Below are positions 10,560-19,678 of a DNA stretch of 46,500 bases, one piece after another; positions within the stretch are counted from its first letter, which is position 1; every line of letters begins with the position of its first letter. A program made the position numbers and the translations under genes. The stretch is from an uncultured Hyphomicrobiales bacterium (GTDB lineage Bacteria; Pseudomonadota; Alphaproteobacteria; UBA7879), in the NCBI GenBank assembly GCA_964402405.1, contig CAYOCE010000004.1:1-46500 (forward strand), read 5' to 3'. Under the pieces are notes generated by a model. It searched no databases. It was not told the origin of the DNA and was given only the letters and a program-made list of their open reading frames with translations.

Positions 10560-11543
10560 ATGTCTAAGCCCCTTTATCACATTGCAACCCTTGGCAATGC
10601 CATTGTGGATATCGTTGCCCATATTGAATTTGATGTGCTATCTTCTTTGAATATTCAAAAGGGCGGATGGACATTGCTAAGTGCCCAGGAATCTATGAAC
10701 CTATACGAAAAAATGCCCCCGGCTGTTGAACAATCGGGCGGAGCGGCGGCAAATACCATGGCGGCCTTTGGATCCCTCGGGGGAAAAGGTACTTATATGG
10801 GTAAGGTCCATAATGATGAATTTGGTCATATTTTTGTCCATGATCTTAAGGCCATCGGTGTTGATTTTAAGGGCATAATAGACCCCCATAGCTCGGCCAC
10901 GGGCAAATGCTTGATCTTGGTAACGCCTGATGCGGATCGCACGATGAATACGTATCTGGGGGCCTCCATTGAAATAGGTCCTGAGGATGTGGATGAAGAG
11001 GTCATTAAAAATGCAGAAATATTCTTCTCAGAAGCCTATCTATGGGCTCCTGATTCTGCCCAGAAAGCGTTATTAAAAGGTGTGGATATTGCCCATAGCC
11101 ACGGGCGTAAAGTGGCGTTAACATTATCAGATCCAGATTGTATAAAGGCACATAGGCAAGGGCTATTGCCGTTTATTCGGGATCATGTGGATATTTTGAT
11201 CGGCAATGATGCGGAAATCATGAATCTTTTTGAGATGGATTTTGGGAATGCATCGAACACTATAAAAAGCATGTGTGAAACGGTGGCACTGACCCGTGGA
11301 GCGAAAGGATCCATCATTCATCACTTGGGAGAAACTCATGTGATTGATCCAGCACCAGCCGTCCAAGTTCTTGACACAACGGGGGCAGGCGATGTATATG
11401 CAGGAGGCTTGCTTTATGGCATGACCCATGGATATGATATAAAGAAAAGCGGACGAATTGCCAGCATGGCGGCAGCTCATGTCATTGGTCATTTGGGGTC
11501 CAGGCCAGAAAAATCCCTTTCTTTTATTTTGCAACAACTTTAA
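10560..11543 (+). CDS. PfkB-family carbohydrate/nucleoside kinase (adenosine kinase-like)
   Basis: N-terminal LGNAIVDI..., a GG dipeptide region (SGGAAANT) and the C-terminal ATP/anion-hole motif DTTGAGDVYAGGLLYG. The track ORF begins at a TTG (10548); the ATG at 10560 (MSKPLYHI) is preferred. Confidence 0.8.
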   Translation: MSKPLYHIATLGNAIVDIVAHIEFDVLSSLNIQKGGWTLLSAQESMNLYEKMPPAVEQSGGAAANTMAAFGSLGGKGTYMGKVHNDEFGHIFVHDLKAIGVDFKGIIDPHSSATGKCLILVTPDADRTMNTYLGASIEIGPEDVDEEVIKNAEIFFSEAYLWAPDSAQKALLKGVDIAHSHGRKVALTLSDPDCIKAHRQGLLPFIRDHVDILIGNDAEIMNLFEMDFGNASNTIKSMCETVALTRGAKGSIIHHLGETHVIDPAPAVQVLDTTGAGDVYAGGLLYGMTHGYDIKKSGRIASMAAAHVIGHLGSRPEKSLSFILQQL

Positions 11544-11559
11544 TTTTATTTGAAAGATT

Positions 11560-13389
11560 TTGAAAACGATGAAAAATAATTTACGTAACATTGCCATTAT
11601 TGCCCACGTTGACCATGGCAAGACAACCTTGATCGATACTCTCCTTCATCAAAGTGGTATCTTCCGCGATAATCAAAAAACGGAAGTACGCATGATGGAC
11701 TCCAACGATCTTGAAAAAGAACGCGGTATTACCATTTTATCAAAATGCACCTCCATTACCTGGAACGGATATCGTTTGAATATCGTGGACACCCCTGGAC
11801 ACGCCGACTTTGGTGGTGAGGTTGAGCGGATCCTAAGTATGGTGGATGGTGTGCTGCTGTTAGTAGATGCAGCCGAAGGTCCTATGCCTCAGACAAAATT
11901 CGTTTTGACCAAGGCTTTAGCCGAAGGTCTTGCCCCCATTGTGGTGATCAATAAGGCTGACAGGCCTGACGGTAGGCCTCTGGAAGTGATTGAAGAAGTG
12001 TTTGATCTGTTTGTGGACTTGAATGCCAATGATGAACAGCTGGATTTCCCCATTGTTTTCGCCTCTGCCCGGGAAGGGTGGGCCGTCATGGATTTGAAGG
12101 ATCCCCATAAGGATATGGAATGTCTTCTTGAGGCTATCGTCAAAAAAGTCCCCATTCCACAGGGAGATGAGGTGGCACCCGCAGCATTGCTGGCCACAAA
12201 CATGGAATATGATTCCTACTTAGGTCGAGTACTGACAGGTCGTATTTATAATGGAACACTCAAGGTCAACATGGCGGTAAAAGCATTGACGCCGTCGGGT
12301 GAGTTGCGCGAACAAGGTCGCATTGCCAAGATTCTAGCTTTCCGCGGAATGGAGCGCGTTCCTGTTGATGAGGCTAAGGCCGGTGATATCGTCGCAATTG
12401 CGGGTCTTGAAAAGGCCACCGTGGGTGATACGGTTTGCGATCCCACCGTTAAGGATGCCCTGCCCTCCAAGCCTATTGATCCGCCAACACTCGCCATGAC
12501 ATTTTCCGTGAATGATTCCCCCTTAGGTGGAAAAGTGGGGAAGAAATTAACCTCTCGCATGATTGGAGAGCGTCTATTCAAAGAAATGGAAAGTAACGTT
12601 TCTATTACGGTCACACAAACGGCGAACAGCGATGCCTTCGAAGTTGCGGGACGTGGGGAATTGCAGTTGGGTATTCTGATTGAAACCATGCGTCGTGAGG
12701 GATTTGAACTTTCCATTAGCCGGCCTCGGGTGCTTTATAAGCAAGATGAAAAAGGCGCACGCCTTGAACCTATGGAAGAAGTCCAGGTGGACGTGGATGA
12801 GGATTTCGTGGGACCTGTTATTGAAAAAATGGGAGTCCGAAAGGGTGAATTGCAAAACATGGAACCCATGCATGGCAAGACACGCTTGCATTTCCTTTGC
12901 CCCTCCCGTGGATTGATTGGATACAGAAACGAATTCCTAACAGATACCCGGGGTACGGGCGTTATGAACCGATCCTTTTATGGATATGGCCCTTACAAAG
13001 GCGCCATCGAAGGCCGCAGGACTGGTAGTTTGATTTCCAATGGAAATGGAGCTGCTGTTGCCTATGCCTTATGGTATCTCGAGGAGCGCGGCAAGTTATT
13101 TGTGGAACCTGGAGATGATCTTTATGAAGGTATGATCATTGGGGAGAATGCCAAGGATAACGATCTAGAAGTCAATCCTTTGAAAACCAAGCAGCTAAGC
13201 AACATGCGCGCCTCTGGGAAGGATGAGGCTATCAAATTGACACCTATCCTGAAAATGACTCTTGAGCAAGCCTTGGCCTATATCCAAGATGACGAATTGG
13301 TGGAAGTCACCCCCAATGATGTGCGCTTGCGTAAAAAGCTATTAGATCCTAACGAAAGAAAGAAACATAGCCGGTCGAATCAGGATTAG
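11560..13389 (+). CDS. typA: translational GTPase TypA/BipA
   Basis: 609 aa. G1 [10 protein letters not shown]3 DTPGHADF, G4 NKAD. Overall BipA architecture and length. Confidence 0.95.
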   Translation: MKTMKNNLRNIAIIAHVDHGKTTLIDTLLHQSGIFRDNQKTEVRMMDSNDLEKERGITILSKCTSITWNGYRLNIVDTPGHADFGGEVERILSMVDGVLLLVDAAEGPMPQTKFVLTKALAEGLAPIVVINKADRPDGRPLEVIEEVFDLFVDLNANDEQLDFPIVFASAREGWAVMDLKDPHKDMECLLEAIVKKVPIPQGDEVAPAALLATNMEYDSYLGRVLTGRIYNGTLKVNMAVKALTPSGELREQGRIAKILAFRGMERVPVDEAKAGDIVAIAGLEKATVGDTVCDPTVKDALPSKPIDPPTLAMTFSVNDSPLGGKVGKKLTSRMIGERLFKEMESNVSITVTQTANSDAFEVAGRGELQLGILIETMRREGFELSISRPRVLYKQDEKGARLEPMEEVQVDVDEDFVGPVIEKMGVRKGELQNMEPMHGKTRLHFLCPSRGLIGYRNEFLTDTRGTGVMNRSFYGYGPYKGAIEGRRTGSLISNGNGAAVAYALWYLEERGKLFVEPGDDLYEGMIIGENAKDNDLEVNPLKTKQLSNMRASGKDEAIKLTPILKMTLEQALAYIQDDELVEVTPNDVRLRKKLLDPNERKKHSRSNQD

Positions 13390-13407
13390 GGTGATTATTC
13401 TGATGCC

Positions 13408-13530
13408 CATCATCCCGGCTCGTGAGCGAAGCGAGCGAGAGCCGGGATCCAGAGATTATGGGAGGACGACTCGCCACGACAAAACCATCAGGCGTAGGTG
13501 GAAGTCCTCACTTTATTTTTCTTTATGCGG
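13408..13530. repeat. GC-rich palindromic MITE-like element, copy 3 (left half only)
   Basis: atcatcccggctcgtgagcgaagcgagcgagagccgggatcc...gattatgggaggacgactcgccacg...cctcactttatttttctttat matches the left arms of copies 1 and 2. The right arm, including cccatttgtgctgg, is missing. Confidence 0.7.
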
Positions 13531-13566
13531 AATTAGTATCATTAACCATGAGAGCAAACGACGAAA

Positions 13567-14844
13567 GTGTTAAAACCACACGCCCTTAAAGTATATTTTT
13601 CCCCTAAAGTCTTAACCATGATGGTCTTGGGGTTTCCTTACGGGATGATGTTTTACTTAGCCGTCCCCACACTTCAAACATGGCTTAAGGATCTAGATTA
13701 CACCAATACCATCATTGGGTGTTTCGCGTGGGTTTATATCCCCTCGATCTTCAAGTTTTGTTTAGCGCCTCTCGTTTCTGCCATAAAAATTCCCTATCTT
13801 GGAAAATTAGGGCAGAGACGCAGTTGGTTGGTGATGGCCCATCTTTGCCTGATGATCCTTCTTGTTTTAATTGGTTTTTCTAACCCTGCTCAGAACTTAT
13901 GGCTAACAGCTTCTTTAGCGGCTCTTCTTGCCGTTTTTGCGGCCATCCAAGATGTGATTGTGGATGCCTATCGCATTGAAATTCTTACTCATGAGCAAGC
14001 TGGACCCGGGGTGAGTATGCTTAGTTTTGGATATCGCTTAGGGGCCTTAACCGCCTCTGCGGGATCTCTTTATGTGGCCGATATTTTTGGCTGGAAGGCA
14101 TCTTACTGCTTTATGGCCTGTTTTGTGATCATGGGAGCGATTGCCGCCCTGTTGAATGCCGAACCCAAGGTTCCTTTGCGCCCCGATCATGGATTTTGGC
14201 GTACCTATATTACGGATCCTTTTGCGGAACTGCTAAACCGTCCTGGATGGTGGTACACTTTCACCTTTATTCTGTTGTTCCCGATTAGTGACGCCATGAT
14301 TAACAACATGGCAAATCCTTTCTTTATGGAAATTGGATTCTCCAAGCCTGAAATCGCCTCGGTTGCTAAGATTTTTGGGACTGTATCGACTGTTTTAGGA
14401 GGATTCATCGGAGGTTTTTTTGTGATGCGCCTAAATATTTTCCGGGCGCTTTTTTGGGCGGGAAGTCTTCATGCCCTCTCCCATTTGTTATTGATTACTC
14501 AGGCCTATGTAGGCCATGATCTTGATACATTGTATGGGGTGATTGCTTGTGAGAAATTGACTGCAGGAATTAATACCACTGTCTTTATTGTATACCTTTC
14601 GCGCCAGTGCAACCTAATGTACACAGCCTTGCAATATGCTATTTTGTCATCCTTCTGGTCTTTCTCGACCTTCACCGCCAGCATCAGTGGGTGGTTGGTG
14701 GACTCCCTAAATAAACACTGGCCCACCTTTTTCATGATCACCTTTGTGATTTCCATTCCCGGTATTTTAATGATTCTAAAGATCAAGCAATATCCTTTAG
14801 GAAACGATGGGAGCCGGGGTGTGGCTTCAGCAAATTCTGGATAA
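13567..14844 (+). CDS. ampG: AmpG-family muropeptide MFS transporter
   Basis: 425 aa and polytopic. The N-terminal block LGFPYG...TLQTWLKD...KFCLAPL...GQRRSWL resembles the AmpG family. GTG start. Confidence 0.8.
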   Translation: MLKPHALKVYFSPKVLTMMVLGFPYGMMFYLAVPTLQTWLKDLDYTNTIIGCFAWVYIPSIFKFCLAPLVSAIKIPYLGKLGQRRSWLVMAHLCLMILLVLIGFSNPAQNLWLTASLAALLAVFAAIQDVIVDAYRIEILTHEQAGPGVSMLSFGYRLGALTASAGSLYVADIFGWKASYCFMACFVIMGAIAALLNAEPKVPLRPDHGFWRTYITDPFAELLNRPGWWYTFTFILLFPISDAMINNMANPFFMEIGFSKPEIASVAKIFGTVSTVLGGFIGGFFVMRLNIFRALFWAGSLHALSHLLLITQAYVGHDLDTLYGVIACEKLTAGINTTVFIVYLSRQCNLMYTALQYAILSSFWSFSTFTASISGWLVDSLNKHWPTFFMITFVISIPGILMILKIKQYPLGNDGSRGVASANSG

Positions 14845-15150
14845 GAAAAAAGGGACATAAGACGCTGGAGGCAGCTCAACTTACATCCCTCTTGCTAAAA
14901 AACCCCATTAGGCGATGAACCCAAGACAAGGTACAGGATACCTTGGGTTGTTAGAAAATCCCCATTTGATTTTCCCTATGTATCGATACTATCTGGTGCA
15001 AATTCTTAAGATTTATGCCCACGATACGCATCCACCTAAAAATCCTATTGAAAATAGAGAGGTATGTCTATCGTGAAAAAAACGTAGATCTTTTCTACGT
15101 AAAAATTACCTATATTTTCTGAGAGAAAAAAATTTGTATGAGTATGATAC

Positions 15151-15221
15151 CAACTCCAGAAAATAATCATACATCTGACCTGCAGCCTTTTGGTCATTTG
15201 CACAATTATTTTCTGGAGTTG
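15151..15221. promoter_or_regulatory. perfect 17-bp inverted repeat with 37-nt spacer, 20 nt upstream of the STAND gene
   Basis: caactccagaaaataat (15151-15167) is the exact reverse complement of attattttctggagttg (15205-15221). It is either a protein-binding site pair or a 5'-UTR stem-loop. Confidence 0.5.
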
Positions 15222-15240
15222 ATGTTGCTTTTGATGTATT

Positions 15241-18200
15241 TTGAGTGAAATGGAGGATATCATGGATAATAAAAAGAATGGTAACCAAGATAGAATTGAT
15301 ATAAGTCACTTAAAAATAATAAATGGCGTTAAATTTACGAACCGAGAGATAGATATCATTTCTTGTATGTTGAGAGGGCAAAGAGCAAAAGTGATTGCTT
15401 CCTGTCTTTCTATTTCTTCAAGAACAGTTGATACCCATATATGTAATATTCTTACAAAATTGAATTGCACCTCCCGAGAAGGCATTCTTGATTTTATAGA
15501 AAAATCTGGGAAATTTTCCCTATTACAAAAACATTATCATAATTTATTAATGGGGGAGTCTAACGAAACCCATGGGCTTATAAAATCAACTATTTCTGAA
15601 ATCCAAAAATCCAAAAAGTTTTTTGACTCCCTTTCTTTATTTTTTAAAAACAAAAAATCTTGGGCTGTCTTAAGTGTACCCATGGTGATTTTTTTCTTTT
15701 CCATATGGGCATTCTCATCCAAAGAACCTAATGGAAGCGAATCTATCCGATTTGATTTACGTATCCCAACAGAAGCTGTTTTCTTAAGACGTTCTAGCCT
15801 GATTAAAAATATCAACGAAAAATTAAAAGGAAAGGAAGATATTGAAACAGTTGCTCTTGTGGGCGTTGTTGGAATTGGGGGTGTTGGAAAAACAACCCTT
15901 GCTCGAGAATTTGGGCATTCCTATCGTGGACCAGTTGTTTGGGAGATTAATGCAGAAACAAAAAATTCTCTCACAACGTCATTTTTGGATCTGGCAGGTA
16001 GCCTCGCTCAAACTCCAGATAAAAAAACTGATCTAGAATTTATTAAGGCTATTCAAAACTCAGAGGAAAAAGAAAAGCAATTATTGATTTTGGTTCAACG
16101 ATGGTTGAGAGAAAAGCCAAACTGGCTTCTCATCTATGATAACGTTCCTACAGTATCGGAAATTAAAAACTATCTTGCCGATGACCCTAAAATTTGGGGA
16201 AAGGGGAAGGTAATCATTACGACGAGAGATAGCAACATTAAAAACGCAAACTGCATTAAACCAGAAAATGTCATTCAACTTGAGGAGCTGAGTGAAGAAG
16301 AAAGGCTAACTCTCTTTAGTAAAATTCTTTATAATTGTGAACCTCATAAACTTACAAAAACTCAAAAAGAAGAAGCTATTATATTTCTAAAAAATATCCC
16401 TTCATTTCCTTTGGATGTGTCTATTACGGCCTATTATATAAAAAACTCTCAGATTACGTTTGATCAGTACCTTGAGAGAATGAGATCATTTAACAAAAAC
16501 TTTGAAGAAGTACAAGAACTTTTCTTAAAAGAGATGACCGATTATACAAAAACTCGGTATGAAATTACAACTCTCTCTTTCAAGAAATTAATTGAAGTGA
16601 ATCCATATTTTAAGGAACTTCTTTTGTTTATATGTCTGTTGGATTCTCAAAATATTCCAAAAAATTTATTAGAATTCTATAAAGACAAAGAAACTGTTGA
16701 TGCTTTCCTTTATCATCTAAGGCAATACTCCTTTATTACTAAAGAATCTCCCTATTTAGAGGATTCAAAAACTCTAACAACTTTCTCCATGCATAGGAGC
16801 ACGCAGTCCATAGGATTAGCGTTTCTTATAAATTTACTAAGTAAGAAAGAAAAGGAAGAATTTCTGATAAACATTATCGATTCTCTTCAAGAGTTTCATA
16901 GTATTTACCTGAAAAAGAGTTACCCTATCAGCATTTCTCTCCTTCCTCATTTGGAATGCTATCTACAAAAAGTAGAAGACATCAAAGTGTCAAAAAAAAT
17001 AAGCTCAATATATAATGCGAAACTGCTTCTAATGTTGGGAAACACCCAATATCAATGTATAGGAAATGTTGGATCAGCAAAAAAATATTTTACTCAAATC
17101 TACGAAAATAAAAATTTTAGATCACACCTTTCTAGGTTTGACCTTGCCACATTGTCAAAAAATTTAGGAACAGTTAGTGTGGATTTGAACGCGCCAGAGG
17201 AAGCTATCGAATATTGTAAGGAAAGCCTTAAACTTTGTGATAATAAAATACCTGATTTTGAGGTTTTAAAAATAACGAATTTTATTATTCTAAGCTTTGC
17301 CTACAATACTAAGAATGATTTTAATAATTCCAAAAAATCCCTTGATGCAGCTTTAGAGTTACTTTCAAAGCTAGATCATCCCCTGAAGTTGGAACTAGAA
17401 TCAATGGTATACGGTGTTATCGCTTTTTCTCGTGCTGCAGGGTTCATGGGGAAATATAAAAAAGGGGAGGCGGAGGAATATGCAAAAAAATCTTTGAATG
17501 TGTTAAATGCTTCCCATCTTGCACTTGAAAAAACAAAAAATGTAGATTCTAAGCTCGCTTGTCAGATAATAAGGAACGCATTATGGTTTGGACGGTCTTA
17601 TAATGCAATTGGGAACTATGAGGAAGCTTTAGAGCTTGGGTTTAATGAAGCTCAGCATATTATTGATCGTCTATCAATAAATGATTGCCCTCATGAATTT
17701 TTGTTGCCGTATAATTCTTCTGTTTTAAAAGCGTATATATTGTGCGGAAAAGGAGAAGCTTTTCTACGAAAGGGTCTTTTGAAAGAAGCTGAGGACTTCC
17801 TTACACAAGCGGCGTTAATAGAGGACAAATACTTAGGAGGGACATTTAGAAATCTTGTTATCCGGCCCCTAAGAGCAGAAACCAGAATAAGGTTGAAAAA
17901 TTTTGAGGGAGCATACGAAGATTGCAATATGATGTTTAATACAAAATTAAAGGCAGGAAGCAGTTACTATAAAGCATTAAAATTAACCTCTTTCTATCAC
18001 GGCGCCATCATCAAATATAAACAAAACGATCTTAAAAAATCAGCCGAGCATTTTGCTGACTTTTTCAAACAAATGAAGGATTTCTGCAAAGGGTTTTTGG
18101 AAGAGAAAGAATATAAAGACTTAGAATCCAAAGGAGCATTTGCCTCTGTTGATCTAAGCAAAACCTCCTCTAAAAATGATATTAGGCAATACCTAAACCG

Positions 18201-18273
18201 CAGCACGCAAATTTTCTCGGCCATCTACGGACCAGACCATCCTTTTGTAAGCGATTATGTGATGAAAAACTAA
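15241..18273 (+). CDS. STAND NTPase: N-terminal LuxR/GerE HTH, predicted TM helix, NB-ARC ATPase, C-terminal TPR-like region
   Basis: HTH: TNREIDIISCMLRGQRAKVIASCLSISSRTVDTHICNILTKLNCTSREG (aa ~33-80). Hydrophobic helix: WAVLSVPMVIFFFSIWAF (nt 15661-15714). NB-ARC: P-loop GIGGVGKTTLA (nt 15871-), Walker B LLIYDNV, RNBS-B-like GKVIITTRD, GLPL-like SFPLDV. The C-terminal ~450 aa are helical-repeat or TPR-like. The start is ambiguous: TTG 15241, ATG 15250 or ATG 15262. Confidence 0.85.
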   Translation: MSEMEDIMDNKKNGNQDRIDISHLKIINGVKFTNREIDIISCMLRGQRAKVIASCLSISSRTVDTHICNILTKLNCTSREGILDFIEKSGKFSLLQKHYHNLLMGESNETHGLIKSTISEIQKSKKFFDSLSLFFKNKKSWAVLSVPMVIFFFSIWAFSSKEPNGSESIRFDLRIPTEAVFLRRSSLIKNINEKLKGKEDIETVALVGVVGIGGVGKTTLAREFGHSYRGPVVWEINAETKNSLTTSFLDLAGSLAQTPDKKTDLEFIKAIQNSEEKEKQLLILVQRWLREKPNWLLIYDNVPTVSEIKNYLADDPKIWGKGKVIITTRDSNIKNANCIKPENVIQLEELSEEERLTLFSKILYNCEPHKLTKTQKEEAIIFLKNIPSFPLDVSITAYYIKNSQITFDQYLERMRSFNKNFEEVQELFLKEMTDYTKTRYEITTLSFKKLIEVNPYFKELLLFICLLDSQNIPKNLLEFYKDKETVDAFLYHLRQYSFITKESPYLEDSKTLTTFSMHRSTQSIGLAFLINLLSKKEKEEFLINIIDSLQEFHSIYLKKSYPISISLLPHLECYLQKVEDIKVSKKISSIYNAKLLLMLGNTQYQCIGNVGSAKKYFTQIYENKNFRSHLSRFDLATLSKNLGTVSVDLNAPEEAIEYCKESLKLCDNKIPDFEVLKITNFIILSFAYNTKNDFNNSKKSLDAALELLSKLDHPLKLELESMVYGVIAFSRAAGFMGKYKKGEAEEYAKKSLNVLNASHLALEKTKNVDSKLACQIIRNALWFGRSYNAIGNYEEALELGFNEAQHIIDRLSINDCPHEFLLPYNSSVLKAYILCGKGEAFLRKGLLKEAEDFLTQAALIEDKYLGGTFRNLVIRPLRAETRIRLKNFEGAYEDCNMMFNTKLKAGSSYYKALKLTSFYHGAIIKYKQNDLKKSAEHFADFFKQMKDFCKGFLEEKEYKDLESKGAFASVDLSKTSSKNDIRQYLNRSTQIFSAIYGPDHPFVSDYVMKN

Positions 18274-18277
18274 CTAC

Positions 18278-18325
18278 CTTGAAAACCTGACATCCCTATG
18301 TCAGATTTTCAAGAACTTAATTTTT
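18278..18325 (+). terminator. putative intrinsic terminator after the STAND gene
   Basis: A 16-bp stem, cttgaaaacctgacat (18278-18293) / atgtcagattttcaag (18298-18313), with one mismatch and loop ccct. It begins 5 nt after the stop. A T-run (ttttt) follows after a 7-nt gap. Confidence 0.55.
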
Positions 18326-18392
18326 AAAAGCGCATAATCCTTGACACAAGACCTCCTAATCCCACATTCTAATGCCAATGTTGGAGATTAAA

Positions 18393-18755
18393 ATGACCTA
18401 TAATGAAAATAATGTTTTTCATAAAATACTAACGGGAGAGATCCCTTGCAAAAAGGTATACGAAGATTCCCACGTGCTCGCTTTTTATGATATCAATCCC
18501 GAAGCGTTGCATCATGTTATCGTCATTCCCAAAGGACGATACGTATCTTTTGATGATTTTGCCGCCCATGCCCCAGATCACGAAATCACCACTTTTATTC
18601 GGGCTATTCATAAGATTGCAAAGGATTTGGGAATTTCAACAGATGGATATCGCCTTGTTAGCAATCATGGAAAGAATGCGAATCAAGAGGTTCCCCATTT
18701 CCATGTGCATCTACTAGGGGGTGAGCCCTTAGGACGCAAAATCGTTAAAGAATAA
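18393..18755 (+). CDS. HIT-family (histidine triad) nucleotide hydrolase
   Basis: Histidine triad HFHVHLLGG. The track ORF starts at 18372, but the ATG at 18393 is preceded by GGAGA at suitable spacing. Confidence 0.85.
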   Translation: MTYNENNVFHKILTGEIPCKKVYEDSHVLAFYDINPEALHHVIVIPKGRYVSFDDFAAHAPDHEITTFIRAIHKIAKDLGISTDGYRLVSNHGKNANQEVPHFHVHLLGGEPLGRKIVKE

Positions 18756-18768
18756 GGAAAAATTTATC

Positions 18769-19668
18769 ATGACATTCAACACTGCTCCTATTCTTTTTTG
18801 GCGTATTCGTTTTGATACCTCCGAACGAGACGTTCCTTTTTACGCCAATGCGTTAGAGGACTTGGGGGGATCCATTGCTTATTTTACCGTGGATGATGAA
18901 ACTTGGACCGTTGAGGTCACTCTTGAAATCTCAAAAAATCCCGATTTAAATCAGAAGGTTATTCAAGAAAAATTAGACCAACTTTGGCCAATCTATGATC
19001 TTGCTCCTCCAGCAAAAATTGTGATTGAAAGTGTTCCTGAAAAAGATTGGCTGCGGGATAATTTGCTAAGTTTTCCGCCCCTCACCATTGGGAAATTTTT
19101 CATTTATGGATCCCATTTTAAAGGCGATATCCCCGTGGGTAAACTGCCTCTTGAGATCAATGCCGCTTTGGCATTTGGCAGTGGCGAACACGCTTCGACC
19201 CAGGGATGTTTGATCGCCATGTCTGAACTTTCAGATCACAAAAAGTTTTCTAGGTGCTTAGATATGGGATGTGGATCAGGTATCTTAGCAATGGCTGCAG
19301 CAAAACTATGGCAAAGCAAAACGCTGGCTTGTGATATGGATCCTGCTTCGTGTAAAACAACCACCGAAAATGTGCATCATCATCACTTAGATTCTTTAAT
19401 TGAAGTACGTCTAAGTGATGGGTACAAATCTTTAAAAAAAGACGAACAATTTGATTTGATTGCGGCAAACATTTTGGCAGGCCCTCTTTCGGAAATGGCA
19501 CCGGATCTTAGAAAACATATCCTTCCTGGGGGATTTATTATCTTAGCCGGGTTGTTAGAGCGCCAGGCTGGGATGGTGACCAAGGCCCATGAAGCCCAAG
19601 GTCTAGAATTATATAAACAACTCAATATTGAGGGATGGTCGACGCTGATTTTAACATTCAACGGGTAG
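18769..19668 (+). CDS. prmA: ribosomal protein L11 methyltransferase
   Basis: 299 aa. SAM-binding motif LDMGCGSGILAMAA and the FG.G.H.(S)T block (AFGSGEHASTQ) typical of PrmA. Confidence 0.88.
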   Translation: MTFNTAPILFWRIRFDTSERDVPFYANALEDLGGSIAYFTVDDETWTVEVTLEISKNPDLNQKVIQEKLDQLWPIYDLAPPAKIVIESVPEKDWLRDNLLSFPPLTIGKFFIYGSHFKGDIPVGKLPLEINAALAFGSGEHASTQGCLIAMSELSDHKKFSRCLDMGCGSGILAMAAAKLWQSKTLACDMDPASCKTTTENVHHHHLDSLIEVRLSDGYKSLKKDEQFDLIAANILAGPLSEMAPDLRKHILPGGFIILAGLLERQAGMVTKAHEAQGLELYKQLNIEGWSTLILTFNG

Positions 19669-19678
19669 GAGGAATTTC

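Noticed and set aside
14915-14950. Hairpin-like sequence aacccaagacaaggtacaggataccttgggtt downstream of ampG.
   Set aside because: The two possible stems are mutually exclusive and short (7-8 bp), and no T-tract follows. It is too weak to call a terminator.
15045-15309. Two overlapping minus-strand ORFs (72 and 67 aa) upstream of or overlapping the STAND gene start.
   Set aside because: They lie in an AT-rich spacer where random ORFs are common. They overlap each other and the inverted repeat, and have no RBS or recognisable family.
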